NCBI RefSeq assembly: GCF_020252395.1
Contig: NZ_JADCDB010000017.1
Coordinates: 5,710 to 69,709, forward strand
Reading direction: 5' to 3'
Source: Aestuariivirga sp.
GTDB taxonomy: Bacteria; Pseudomonadota; Alphaproteobacteria; Rhizobiales; Aestuariivirgaceae
Length of the DNA: 64,000 bases
Shown here: positions 20,060 through 28,467 of the stretch, in pieces
Position numbering within the stretch: the stretch's first letter is position 1
Layout: each line of letters opens with the position of its first letter
Made by a program: the position numbers and the translations under genes
Notes under the pieces: model-generated
Told to the model about the DNA's origin: nothing
Databases searched by the model: none
The model's input: only the letters and a program-made list of their open reading frames with translations

Positions 20060-23000
20060 GTGACGCCCTCGGCCGGGGGGGCGAATGCCGCCGTGGTGTC
20101 GCGCCATGCGACGCGGATTTTCGTCTCGCTGTTCGAGGGCGGCACGGAGGTGGCGCGGGCGCAGCTCACGCAGCGGCTGGGCGATGTGCACTACGGTTTC
20201 GTGCCGGGGCTGGTGGCCGGTACGCTGTATGGCCTGCGTGCAGAGGGGCCTTGGGCGCCGGAGCGGGGCCTTCGCTTCGATGCGGAGAAGCTGCTGCTCG
20301 ACCCCTATGCGACGCGCATCAGCGCGCCGTTCCGTCATCTGCCGGAGCTGATGCAGCGGGGGGCGGAGACGCAGCACCTCGTGCCGAAGGCCATCGCCGG
20401 GCATGTGCCGGCCGATGCGGTGACGCTGCCGCCGCAGCGGCCGCAATTCATCTATGAAGTGCCGGTGCGGGCATTCACCATGCGGCATGCGCAAGTGCCG
20501 CAAGAGAAGCGCGGCACGGTGGCGGCGCTGGCCGAACCCGTCATCATCGGCCATCTGAAGCGTCTTGGCGCCGACACGGTGGAGCTGATGCCGCTCGCCG
20601 CCTTCATCGACGAGCGCCACCTGCCCGCCCTCGGGCTGTCCAATGCCTGGGGCTACAATCCCGTGAGCTTCCTCGCCCCCGATCCGCGGCTGGCGCCAGG
20701 CGGGCTCGCCGAGATCCGGGCCACGGTCGATGCGCTGCATGCGGCGGGGATCCGCGTGGTGCTGGACGTGGTTCTGAACCACACGGGCGAGAGCGACGCG
20801 CAGGGCGCCACCCTGTCGCTGCGCGGGCTCGACGAGGCGCTCTATTACCGGCGCGCAGGCGAGCAGCTCATCAACGACACCGGCTGCGGCAATACGCTGG
20901 CGCTCGATGAGCCCGCCGTGCTGCGGCTTGCGATGGATGCGCTCAGGAGCTGGGCCCAGCGCACGGGGCTCGACGGTTTCCGTTTCGACCTCGCAACCGT
21001 GATGGGGCGGACGGCCTCCGGTTTTTCCGCCGCTGCCCCATTGCTCGCCGCCATCGAGCAGGACCCGTTGCTCTCACGCCTCATCATGATCGCCGAGCCG
21101 TGGGACGTGGGTCCGGGCGGCTATCGGCTCGGGCACTTCCCGGCGCGCTGGCAGGAGTGGAACGACAGATACCGCGACGAGGTGCGGCGCTTCTGGCGCG
21201 GCGATGCCGGGGCCGGAGCCTTCGCCACGCGCATCGCGGGCTCGTCGGACGTGTTCGGCGGCCATCGCCCGCCCTCTGCCGGCATCAACTTCGTGGCGGC
21301 GCATGACGGCTTCACCCTGCGCGATTGCGTGACTTACGCCGCGAAGGACAACCATGCCAATGGCGAGGACAACCGCGACGGCAACTCCCACGAGCCAAGC
21401 TGGCCCGGCGGCGATGCCCGCGCACTGCTGGCGACACTGTTCCTCTCGCGCGGCACGCCGATGCTCACGGCCGGCGACGAGTTCGGCCGCAGCCAGCGCG
21501 GCAACAACAATGCCTATGCGCAGGACAACGCGATCACCTGGCTCGACTGGGCGAAGGCAGACCAGCGGCTCGTTGGTTTCACCACGGCACTCGTTCAGCT
21601 GCGCCGCACGCTGGCGCCGTTCTTCGCCGACCAGTTCCTGACGGCGGAGACGGCGCAGTGGTTCGGCGCCGATGGCGGGGCGATAGACTGGCAGGATGGC
21701 GGTGCGCCGGTTCTGGGCCTCCTGCTCACGGCGGGGACGCGGCGCATCGCGCTCGTCTTCAACCGCGGCGCTCCGCGTGCGGCGGCATTGCCGGTGCGCG
21801 GTGGCCGGCGCTGGGCGCGGCTGTTCTGCTCCGCCGAGGGGGACGAGCTTCCCGCACGTTCGGTCGCGGTCTTCGCGGAGGAGCGCATCGCGGCGGCGGG
21901 TGTTGCGGATGAGGAGGTCGCGGCGCTGGCGCGGGCGGCCGGCATTGAGCCTGAATGGTGGGAGGTCGATGGCACGCACCACCAGGTGAGCCTCGACACG
22001 CAGCGGGCGCTGCTCTCCGCAATGGGGCTCAGCTTCGCGACGGGAGACGACATCGAGCACGCGCAGGCGCTGCTGGCGCGGCCAAAGCCGGTGATCGCCA
22101 GCCCCGGCGCCTGTTTCGTGCCGGAGGACATTGCGCAGGGATGCCGCGTCTTCGGGTTGGCCTCGCACCTCTATGCGCTGCGGCATGGAAGGAGCGAGGG
22201 GATCGGGGATTTCGCGACGCTGGAGCGGTTTGCGGAGCTGACGGCGCGCATCGGCGGGCGCTATGCGGGGCTCAACCCACTGCACCACATGTTCCCCTCC
22301 GACCGCAGCCGGGCGAGCCCCTACCAGCCGTCGGACCGGCATTATGTCGACCCGATCTATATCTCCATCGCGCGACTGCTGGACACGCTCCCGCTGCCGC
22401 GCACGGCGGCGCTGGCGCAAGACGCGCGCGCGGGTTTCGCGCAGCTCGACCAGCTGCGCAATGTGGATTATCCGGCGGTGTGGGCGGCCAAGGCGCGGCT
22501 GCTGGAGAGCGCCTTTGCGGAATTCACCGGCAGCCCCGCCTTCGATGCCTTCGTGGCGGCGGGGGGCGACCAGCTGGCGGCGCATGGACGCTTCGAGGCG
22601 GAGCGGATGGGCGAGCAGCCTGCACCGCAGCGCATCGCCTATCGCGCCTTCCTGCAATGGGTGGCGGACGCCCAGCTGGCGGACGCGGCGCGGCGCCGGA
22701 ACCTTTATGGCGACCTCGCCCTTGGCTGTGCCTTCGACGGGGGCGAGCTGGCGGCGAACCGGGAGGCCTTCGCCTCGGGTGTATCCATCGGGGCTCCGCC
22801 CGATCCGTTTTCCGAAGCGGGCCAGGTGTGGAACCTGCCGCCCTTTTCGCCACTCGCGCTCGACGCCCTGGGGATGGAGCCGATGCGCCGGGTGATTGCC
22901 GCCAACATGCGCCATGCCACGGCGCTGCGCATCGATCATGTGCTGGGCTTCGCGCGGCAGTTCTGGGTGCCGCAAGGGGCGGAAGGCCGCTTCGGGGCCT

Positions 23001-23617
23001 ATGTGCGCTTCTCCCTCGACGCACTGATCGCGGTGACGGCCATCGAAAGCCAGCGAAACCGGTGCCTCGTCGTCGGCGAAGACCTCGGCACGGTGCCGGA
23101 GGGTTTGCGGGACAAGCTCGCGGCGGCGAAGATCTTCTCCTACCGCGTGCTGTGGTTCGAGCGCGAGGGGCTGGGCTTCAAGCCCGCCACTGCCTATCCG
23201 CCGCAGGCGCTCGCCTGCCTCGCCTCGCATGACCTGCCGACCTTCATGGGCTGGCGCGCGGGACGCGACATCGAGATTGCACAGGCCATCGGCCAGATCG
23301 ATGCGGCAGAGGTAGCCGCGCGCAAGGCGGCACGCCGCGAGGAAGTGCGGCTGCTGGGCGAGCGCACCGGATATACAGGCGCCGATGAGATTGAGGCCAG
23401 CGCGGCAACGCATCGCTTCGTGGCCGGCACGCCATCGCAGATCATGCTGGTGCAGGCGGATGATCTTGCGGGCGAGACCGGCCCCCTCAACCTGCCCGGC
23501 ACCGACACGGAATGGCCCAACTGGCGCCGCCGCGTGCAGGCGCCGGTGGAAGAACTGGCGGAGACCCCACTGGCAGAGGCAATCCTCACGGCTGTGAAAG
23601 AGGAGCGCGAGACATGA
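20060..23617 (+). CDS. glgX/malQ: fused glycogen debranching enzyme GlgX and 4-alpha-glucanotransferase MalQ (1185 aa)
   Basis: A single uninterrupted ORF. The N-terminal half is GlgX-like: GANAAVVSRHATRIFVSLF, LDGFRFDLATV, IAEPWD. From about nt 21890 it is MalQ-like: AGIEPEWWEVDG, GIGDF, YAGLNPLH, SPYQPSDRHYVDP, VVGEDLGTVP. Confidence 0.85.
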   Translation: MTPSAGGANAAVVSRHATRIFVSLFEGGTEVARAQLTQRLGDVHYGFVPGLVAGTLYGLRAEGPWAPERGLRFDAEKLLLDPYATRISAPFRHLPELMQRGAETQHLVPKAIAGHVPADAVTLPPQRPQFIYEVPVRAFTMRHAQVPQEKRGTVAALAEPVIIGHLKRLGADTVELMPLAAFIDERHLPALGLSNAWGYNPVSFLAPDPRLAPGGLAEIRATVDALHAAGIRVVLDVVLNHTGESDAQGATLSLRGLDEALYYRRAGEQLINDTGCGNTLALDEPAVLRLAMDALRSWAQRTGLDGFRFDLATVMGRTASGFSAAAPLLAAIEQDPLLSRLIMIAEPWDVGPGGYRLGHFPARWQEWNDRYRDEVRRFWRGDAGAGAFATRIAGSSDVFGGHRPPSAGINFVAAHDGFTLRDCVTYAAKDNHANGEDNRDGNSHEPSWPGGDARALLATLFLSRGTPMLTAGDEFGRSQRGNNNAYAQDNAITWLDWAKADQRLVGFTTALVQLRRTLAPFFADQFLTAETAQWFGADGGAIDWQDGGAPVLGLLLTAGTRRIALVFNRGAPRAAALPVRGGRRWARLFCSAEGDELPARSVAVFAEERIAAAGVADEEVAALARAAGIEPEWWEVDGTHHQVSLDTQRALLSAMGLSFATGDDIEHAQALLARPKPVIASPGACFVPEDIAQGCRVFGLASHLYALRHGRSEGIGDFATLERFAELTARIGGRYAGLNPLHHMFPSDRSRASPYQPSDRHYVDPIYISIARLLDTLPLPRTAALAQDARAGFAQLDQLRNVDYPAVWAAKARLLESAFAEFTGSPAFDAFVAAGGDQLAAHGRFEAERMGEQPAPQRIAYRAFLQWVADAQLADAARRRNLYGDLALGCAFDGGELAANREAFASGVSIGAPPDPFSEAGQVWNLPPFSPLALDALGMEPMRRVIAANMRHATALRIDHVLGFARQFWVPQGAEGRFGAYVRFSLDALIAVTAIESQRNRCLVVGEDLGTVPEGLRDKLAAAKIFSYRVLWFEREGLGFKPATAYPPQALACLASHDLPTFMGWRAGRDIEIAQAIGQIDAAEVAARKAARREEVRLLGERTGYTGADEIEASAATHRFVAGTPSQIMLVQADDLAGETGPLNLPGTDTEWPNWRRRVQAPVEELAETPLAEAILTAVKEERET

Positions 23618-24198
23618 AGCGCCGCGTGACGATCGAGACGGTGGAGCCGCTCTCCCACCGCTGGGCGAAGCTCGACCGCTATACCATCCGTTATACGCGG
23701 AGCGACGGCCGCGAGGACGTGCTGATGCGGGAGGTGCACGACCATGGGCATGGCGCGGCCGTGCTGCCCTATGACGCCAAGCGCGGCACGGTGCTGCTGG
23801 TGCGGCAATTTCGCGTTCCCGCTTTTCTGCACGATGGCGATGGCTTCATCATCGAAGCCTGCGCGGGCCTGCTCGATGGCGATGATCCCGCGCACTGCGC
23901 CAAGCGGGAGGCGGAAGAGGAGCTGGGCGTGCACCTCGCCAGCCTGCGCTTCATGACCACCGTGTACAGCTCGCCCGGCGCAGTGACCGAGCGCATCTCG
24001 CTGTTCATTGCGGATTATGACCACGACGCGCGCATTGGCGTGGGCGGTGGCCATGCCCACGAAGGCGAAGACATCGAGGTTCTGGAAATGCCCTTCGACG
24101 GGATGCGCCGCATGGTGCAGGAGGGGCGGATCGCCGATGCCAAGACGGTGCTGCTCAGCTTGTTCCTCGAGCGTGAACTTGGCCTTCCGCCGTTGTGA
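23614..24198 (+). CDS. Nudix hydrolase (ADP-sugar/GDP-sugar pyrophosphatase-like)
   Basis: The Nudix box is GLLDGDDPAHCAKREAEEELG. Its ATG overlaps the glgX/malQ stop (ATGA). Confidence 0.8.
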   Translation: MKRRVTIETVEPLSHRWAKLDRYTIRYTRSDGREDVLMREVHDHGHGAAVLPYDAKRGTVLLVRQFRVPAFLHDGDGFIIEACAGLLDGDDPAHCAKREAEEELGVHLASLRFMTTVYSSPGAVTERISLFIADYDHDARIGVGGGHAHEGEDIEVLEMPFDGMRRMVQEGRIADAKTVLLSLFLERELGLPPL

Positions 24199-24976
24199 CG
24201 CCATCGGGACGGATCACGCGCAGCGTTCCGGCATCCCAGCTGACGCCGAAGCGCGCACCGGCGAAGAGCGGGGCCAGGCAGCGATAGTCGAAGCGCTGCG
24301 GCACATCGCCCAGCTTCTCCGCCGCGAGATTGAGCATCAGAACCGCCTGCAGGGGCCCGTGCACCAGCAGGTCCGGATAGCCTTCTTCCCGCGCATGGCG
24401 CAGGTCATAGTGGATGCGATGGCCGTTGAAGGTGAAGGCCGAGAATCGGAAGAGAAGCAGCGGCGTTGCATCGACCTGCCAGTCGGCCTTGATGTTTACT
24501 GCCGGCCCCACGGGCGGCACGCCCTCGCGGGGCGGATCGCGGAAGACCAGGTCCTGCCGCTCACGTATGGCGGTGCCCTCGCCATCGGCAATGCCGTGCT
24601 CCACCGACACGAGATACATGCCGCCGCTGCTGCCCTGCTTGAAACTGACATCACTGATCGCCGAGGTGCGGATGACCGTTGCGCCCTGGCGCAAGGGGCG
24701 CAGCATCTCGATGGAGCCACCAGCCCACATGCGCCGCGGCTGCGGGATTGGCGGCAGGAAGAGTCCTTTAAGCTCCGCGCCGTCCGGCCCCGTTTCGTCC
24801 GCTTTGGGCAAGGCGGGTGCAAGACCGAAGTGCAGGCCGGGCGGCGCGATGCGGTCTCCCGGTTCGAAGAGGAAGGGCGCCAGGGTGGCGTCGAATTCGT
24901 CGAAGAGCCGCTGGGTGAGCGTGTCGGCACGCGTGACGCTGCGGCCGACCCAGTCGCGGAAATCATCAGCCATCAA
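24155..24976 (-). CDS. MaoC-like / hot-dog-fold (R)-hydratase family protein
   Basis: 273 aa with a double hot-dog-like organisation. The C-terminal HGPL motif region reads YPDLLVHGPLQAVL. The 3' end overlaps the convergent Nudix gene by 44 nt. Confidence 0.6.
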   Translation of the reverse strand: MMADDFRDWVGRSVTRADTLTQRLFDEFDATLAPFLFEPGDRIAPPGLHFGLAPALPKADETGPDGAELKGLFLPPIPQPRRMWAGGSIEMLRPLRQGATVIRTSAISDVSFKQGSSGGMYLVSVEHGIADGEGTAIRERQDLVFRDPPREGVPPVGPAVNIKADWQVDATPLLLFRFSAFTFNGHRIHYDLRHAREEGYPDLLVHGPLQAVLMLNLAAEKLGDVPQRFDYRCLAPLFAGARFGVSWDAGTLRVIRPDGVTTAEGQVHARGTS

Positions 24977-25097
24977 TGAGACCTCGGGCGGCGCGGGATG
25001 TCGTCATGCATCATCGGCGAAGGATAGGGCTTGGCGCCTGGCCGCTTCAAGTGGACATGCCCGCGTGTTATGCCACGGGAACACACGGGGGAAAGGG

Positions 25098-26102
25098 ATG
25101 AAGACGCCAAAGAAGATCCTGAACGATCCGCGCCGCGCCACCGCGGAGATGATGGAAGGCCTGGTGCTGGGCTATGACGGCAAGGTGGGCAAGGTGGAGG
25201 GGCATGGCGCCTTCTTCCTGAAGTGGATCCCCGGCGGCAAGGTGGCGCTGCTGGTGGGCGGCGGCAGCGGGCATGAGCCGATCTTCGGCGGCTTCCTCGG
25301 GCAGAACCTGGCGGATGGCGCGGCGGCGGGTGAGGTCTTCACCTCACCCTCGCCGCAGACGATCTGCGAGGCTGCGCGCGCCATCCACCGCGGCAAGGGC
25401 GTGGTCTTCGTCTATGGCAATTATTCCGGCGACAACATGAACTTCGACATGGCCGCCGAATTCCTGGCCGCCGAGGGCATCGAGACACGCACCATCAGGG
25501 TGCGTGACGACGTGGCGGTGGGCGCACCCGGCCGGCCGGACGAGCGGCGCGGCATCGCGGGCGATGTGTTCGTGATCAAGATCGCGGGCGGTGCGGCGGC
25601 GGAGTTGACTGATCTGGACGAGGTGGCGCGCGTGGCGGCGAAGGCGGAGGCCAATACGCGCTCGATGGGCGTTGCGGTGTCGCCCGGCTCCTTGCCGGAA
25701 TCCGGCAAGCCCACCTTCGAGCTCGGCGACGACGAGATCGAGATCGGCATGGGGGCGCATGGCGAGAAGGGTGTTGCGCGGCAGAAGCTGACTACGGCGG
25801 ATGACATCGTGGACCAGATGATGGCGCCAATCCTGCGCGACCTGCCTTACGCGCGCGGCGACGAGGTGGCGCTGCTCATCAACAACCTCGGCGCAACGAC
25901 CATGTTCGAACTGCTGATCGCCAACCGGCGGGTGCGGCAGATCCTGGCGCGCGAGGGAATTGCCGTGCACAAAAGCTTCGTGGGGTCGTGGCTCACGTCA
26001 CAGGAGATGGCGGGCTTCTCGATCTCGCTGATGAGGCTCGATGCGGAGCTGAAGCATTATCTCGATCTGCCGGCTTCGAGCTTCGGGTTCAGTTCACTCT
26101 GA
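25098..26102 (+). CDS. dhaK: dihydroxyacetone kinase DhaK-type subunit (DAK1 domain only)
   Basis: ATG 25098 gives MKTPKKILNDP... The sequence contains LLVGGGSGHEPIFGGFLG and VYGNYSGDNMNF. No DhaL/DAK2 part is encoded adjacent to it. Confidence 0.82.
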   Translation: MKTPKKILNDPRRATAEMMEGLVLGYDGKVGKVEGHGAFFLKWIPGGKVALLVGGGSGHEPIFGGFLGQNLADGAAAGEVFTSPSPQTICEAARAIHRGKGVVFVYGNYSGDNMNFDMAAEFLAAEGIETRTIRVRDDVAVGAPGRPDERRGIAGDVFVIKIAGGAAAELTDLDEVARVAAKAEANTRSMGVAVSPGSLPESGKPTFELGDDEIEIGMGAHGEKGVARQKLTTADDIVDQMMAPILRDLPYARGDEVALLINNLGATTMFELLIANRRVRQILAREGIAVHKSFVGSWLTSQEMAGFSISLMRLDAELKHYLDLPASSFGFSSL

Positions 26103-26104
26103 CG

Positions 26105-26157
26105 TCTTCTTGTCGCGTTTGCGTCTTCTCCCGCTTCAGCGGGAGAGGAACAAGAAG
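26105..26157. terminator. hairpin between convergent dhaK and rpiB (putative bidirectional terminator)
   Basis: TTCTCCCGC-TTCA-GCGGGAGAG forms the core (26126-26147). It is flanked by the complementary CTTCTTG (26105-26111) and CAAGAAG (26151-26157). Confidence 0.5.
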
Positions 26158-26158
26158 C

Positions 26159-26596
26159 TCAGCAGCTGCCATCCAGCTTGTTGATCGCCTCGACATTCGC
26201 CGCAGATGCGCCCTTGGGGTCGAACTCCGATGCGAGCCATGTATCCACGATGGCCTTCGCCAGTTCGGGGCCGATGACGCGGGCGCCCATGGTGATGATC
26301 TGAGCGTTGTTGGATTTCGCTGCGCGCTCGGCTGAATAGGTGTCATGTGTGAGGGCCGCGCGGATGCCCGGCACCTTGTTGGCGGAGATGCACACACCGA
26401 TGCCGGTGCCGCAGATCAGGATGCCGCGCTGATACTCCCCATCCTTCACCTTGTGGGCGAGGCTGGCGGAAAGATCGGCATAAAAGCCCTGCTGGCTGAG
26501 GTTGGTGACCTGGAGGTCGGGCTTCGACTTCAGATGCGCCTCGATGACGTCCAGGAGCGGCTTTCCGGCGCTATCGGCGCCCACGGCGATCTTCAT
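26159..26596 (-). CDS. rpiB: ribose-5-phosphate isomerase B family (RpiB/EryI-like)
   Basis: The sequence reads [14 protein letters not shown], then [21 protein letters not shown] and [15 protein letters not shown]. Confidence 0.9.
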   Translation of the reverse strand: MKIAVGADSAGKPLLDVIEAHLKSKPDLQVTNLSQQGFYADLSASLAHKVKDGEYQRGILICGTGIGVCISANKVPGIRAALTHDTYSAERAAKSNNAQIITMGARVIGPELAKAIVDTWLASEFDPKGASAANVEAINKLDGSC

Positions 26597-27363
26597 GCTG
26601 TTTCTCCCAATCTCTGTGTGACGGCGTCGATGATGCCGATATAGCCCGCGGGGTCCCAGGCGGACCTTCCGATGAAGAGCCCATCAATATCCGGCATGCT
26701 CGCCAGATCGCAACAGTTCTGCCGGTTGACGCTGCCGCCATAGAGAATGGGGAGCGGCTGGCCCGTGATCTCCGCCGTGAGGGCTTTCAGCTTCGCGTGC
26801 TGGGCGTTGGCGAAGCCCGGGCCGGCGGGGATGCCGCCCTCGCCGATAGACCACACGGGCTCATAGGCGATGACGACATTGCCGGGTGCTGACTTGCCAA
26901 CGTCGCGGAGCGCGTAGCGCGTCTGCTTCGCCAGCACGTCAGCCGTGGCGCCAACTTCATACTCGCTGCGCGTGTCGCCGATGCAGACGAGGGCGATCAG
27001 GCCGTGCTTCACGGCAGCGGCAACCTTTTTCGAGACCGTCTCGTCCGTCTCGCCAAAATGCGTGCGGCGCTCGCTGTGGCCGAGCTCGACGAGCGTGGCG
27101 CCGCAGTCCTTCACCATCAAGGCCGAGACCTCGCCGGTCCACGCGCCCTGATCGGCCCAGTGCATGTTCTGCGCACCGGTAATGACGCGCGTGCTGGAGA
27201 GAATGTCCGCCACTTCGGCGATATAGGGGAAGGGCGGGATGACGAAGAGCTGGGCCTTCGTGGTGTTCGCAAAGGGCGATGCCTTCAGCGCTTCGGCAAA
27301 GGCGCGCGCTCCCGCGCGCGTCTTGTTCATTTTCCAGCTGGTGCCGATCCACGGCGTCTTCAT
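26593..27363 (-). CDS. tpiA: triosephosphate isomerase paralogue (TpiA2/EryH-like)
   Basis: Motifs are [29 protein letters not shown] and ILYGGSV. The start chosen is ATG 27363, which overlaps the upstream stop (TGATG). Confidence 0.85.
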   Translation of the reverse strand: MKTPWIGTSWKMNKTRAGARAFAEALKASPFANTTKAQLFVIPPFPYIAEVADILSSTRVITGAQNMHWADQGAWTGEVSALMVKDCGATLVELGHSERRTHFGETDETVSKKVAAAVKHGLIALVCIGDTRSEYEVGATADVLAKQTRYALRDVGKSAPGNVVIAYEPVWSIGEGGIPAGPGFANAQHAKLKALTAEITGQPLPILYGGSVNRQNCCDLASMPDIDGLFIGRSAWDPAGYIGIIDAVTQRLGETA

Positions 27364-28283
27364 CAGTTGTATCCCGTCTTGGTGTAGGGCGCCCAATAGG
27401 CAACGGACTCGCGGATCGCCGCCACTACGCTGCGGTCGGTGGGTTCGCGCTCGCGGAAGGCGAGCTCGAGGCAGAGCTCGTTGTCGGTGCCGCCGCCCGC
27501 CTTCACCGCGGCGATGAGCGTCTCCGGCGTGATGCGGCCGTTCTCGTTGTATTGCGCGGTGAAGGGCCAGTGGCCGCCCTTGTTCATGGTCGACTGCTTG
27601 ATGTGGATGATGGGCGACTGGGTGGCGAAATCCTTCGCCCAGGCGAAGGGATCGACGTCAGCTGGATTCGGCGAGGTGACGTCGCCGTGGTCGATGTCGA
27701 CCATGGGCTTCAACGGGATCGGCAGCTGCGCCGCATCGATCCAGTCCTGCAGCGCTTGCGTGTCCTTCAGCGTGTGGCCCAGTTCGCGGCCCACCGACAT
27801 GGGTTCCCAGAACAGCCAGGCGAGGCCGCGCGACTTCGCATGCTCCGCCACATCGCGCCAGCAGTCGAGCGCAATCTTCATCAGCTCATCGCGTCGGCCG
27901 AGGTCGTCGTAGTCCTTGAAGGTGAAGATGCCGAACTGCGTGCCGATGGCGGGTGCGCCGAGATCGGCGGCGATGTCCGCCATCCCCTTGAACCAGCCGG
28001 CATAGTATTGCCGAACCTCCGCGTCCGGATGGGCGAAGTGGTTTAGGCGGCCATAGGGGCCGGTCATGATCGAGGTGATCTGCGCCCGCTTGCTGGCACA
28101 GGCCTTCGCCATGCGGCCGGTGAGGCGCTTGACGGTCGCGGGTTTCCAGGACGGGTTGATGAACTCATGCACCAGCTGGATGTGGCCGATGCCCACCTCG
28201 TCAGCCAGCGTCGCAATCAGGTCCTCGGGTTCCGCGAAGCGGTTCACGAAGGGGTTGGTGTTGACCGAGAGTGAAAATCCCAT
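27363..28283 (-). CDS. sugar-phosphate isomerase/epimerase, xylose-isomerase-like TIM barrel (EryC-like)
   Basis: The sequence MGFSLSVNTNPFVNRF...IGHIQLVHEF...WFLWEPM is typical of AP-endonuclease-2/xylose-isomerase-like barrels. It is co-oriented and translationally coupled with the tpiA paralogue. Confidence 0.7.
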   Translation of the reverse strand: MGFSLSVNTNPFVNRFAEPEDLIATLADEVGIGHIQLVHEFINPSWKPATVKRLTGRMAKACASKRAQITSIMTGPYGRLNHFAHPDAEVRQYYAGWFKGMADIAADLGAPAIGTQFGIFTFKDYDDLGRRDELMKIALDCWRDVAEHAKSRGLAWLFWEPMSVGRELGHTLKDTQALQDWIDAAQLPIPLKPMVDIDHGDVTSPNPADVDPFAWAKDFATQSPIIHIKQSTMNKGGHWPFTAQYNENGRITPETLIAAVKAGGGTDNELCLELAFREREPTDRSVVAAIRESVAYWAPYTKTGYN

Positions 28284-28467
28284 GCCTGGAGGTCCATGCC
28301 TGCAAATCCATGCCCACAACCATGCGCCGGATCAGGCTGTCCTGCCAGCGCAACGCCCGCTTCTATCGCGGGCGGAGCTTATCTGGAAGATATCTTACCT
28401 AGAGAAGAACTTTTCACGAGCCAAAGCAAGCGGCGCGTGGCCGCCTGCCCTGGCCCGGCCTTCCAGG

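Noticed and set aside
21074-23413. 779-aa minus-strand ORF, plus several 160-425-aa ORFs in other frames at 21325-23232
   Set aside because: All of them lie inside the glgX/malQ coding region. They are Arg/Pro/Ala-rich and contain no motifs.
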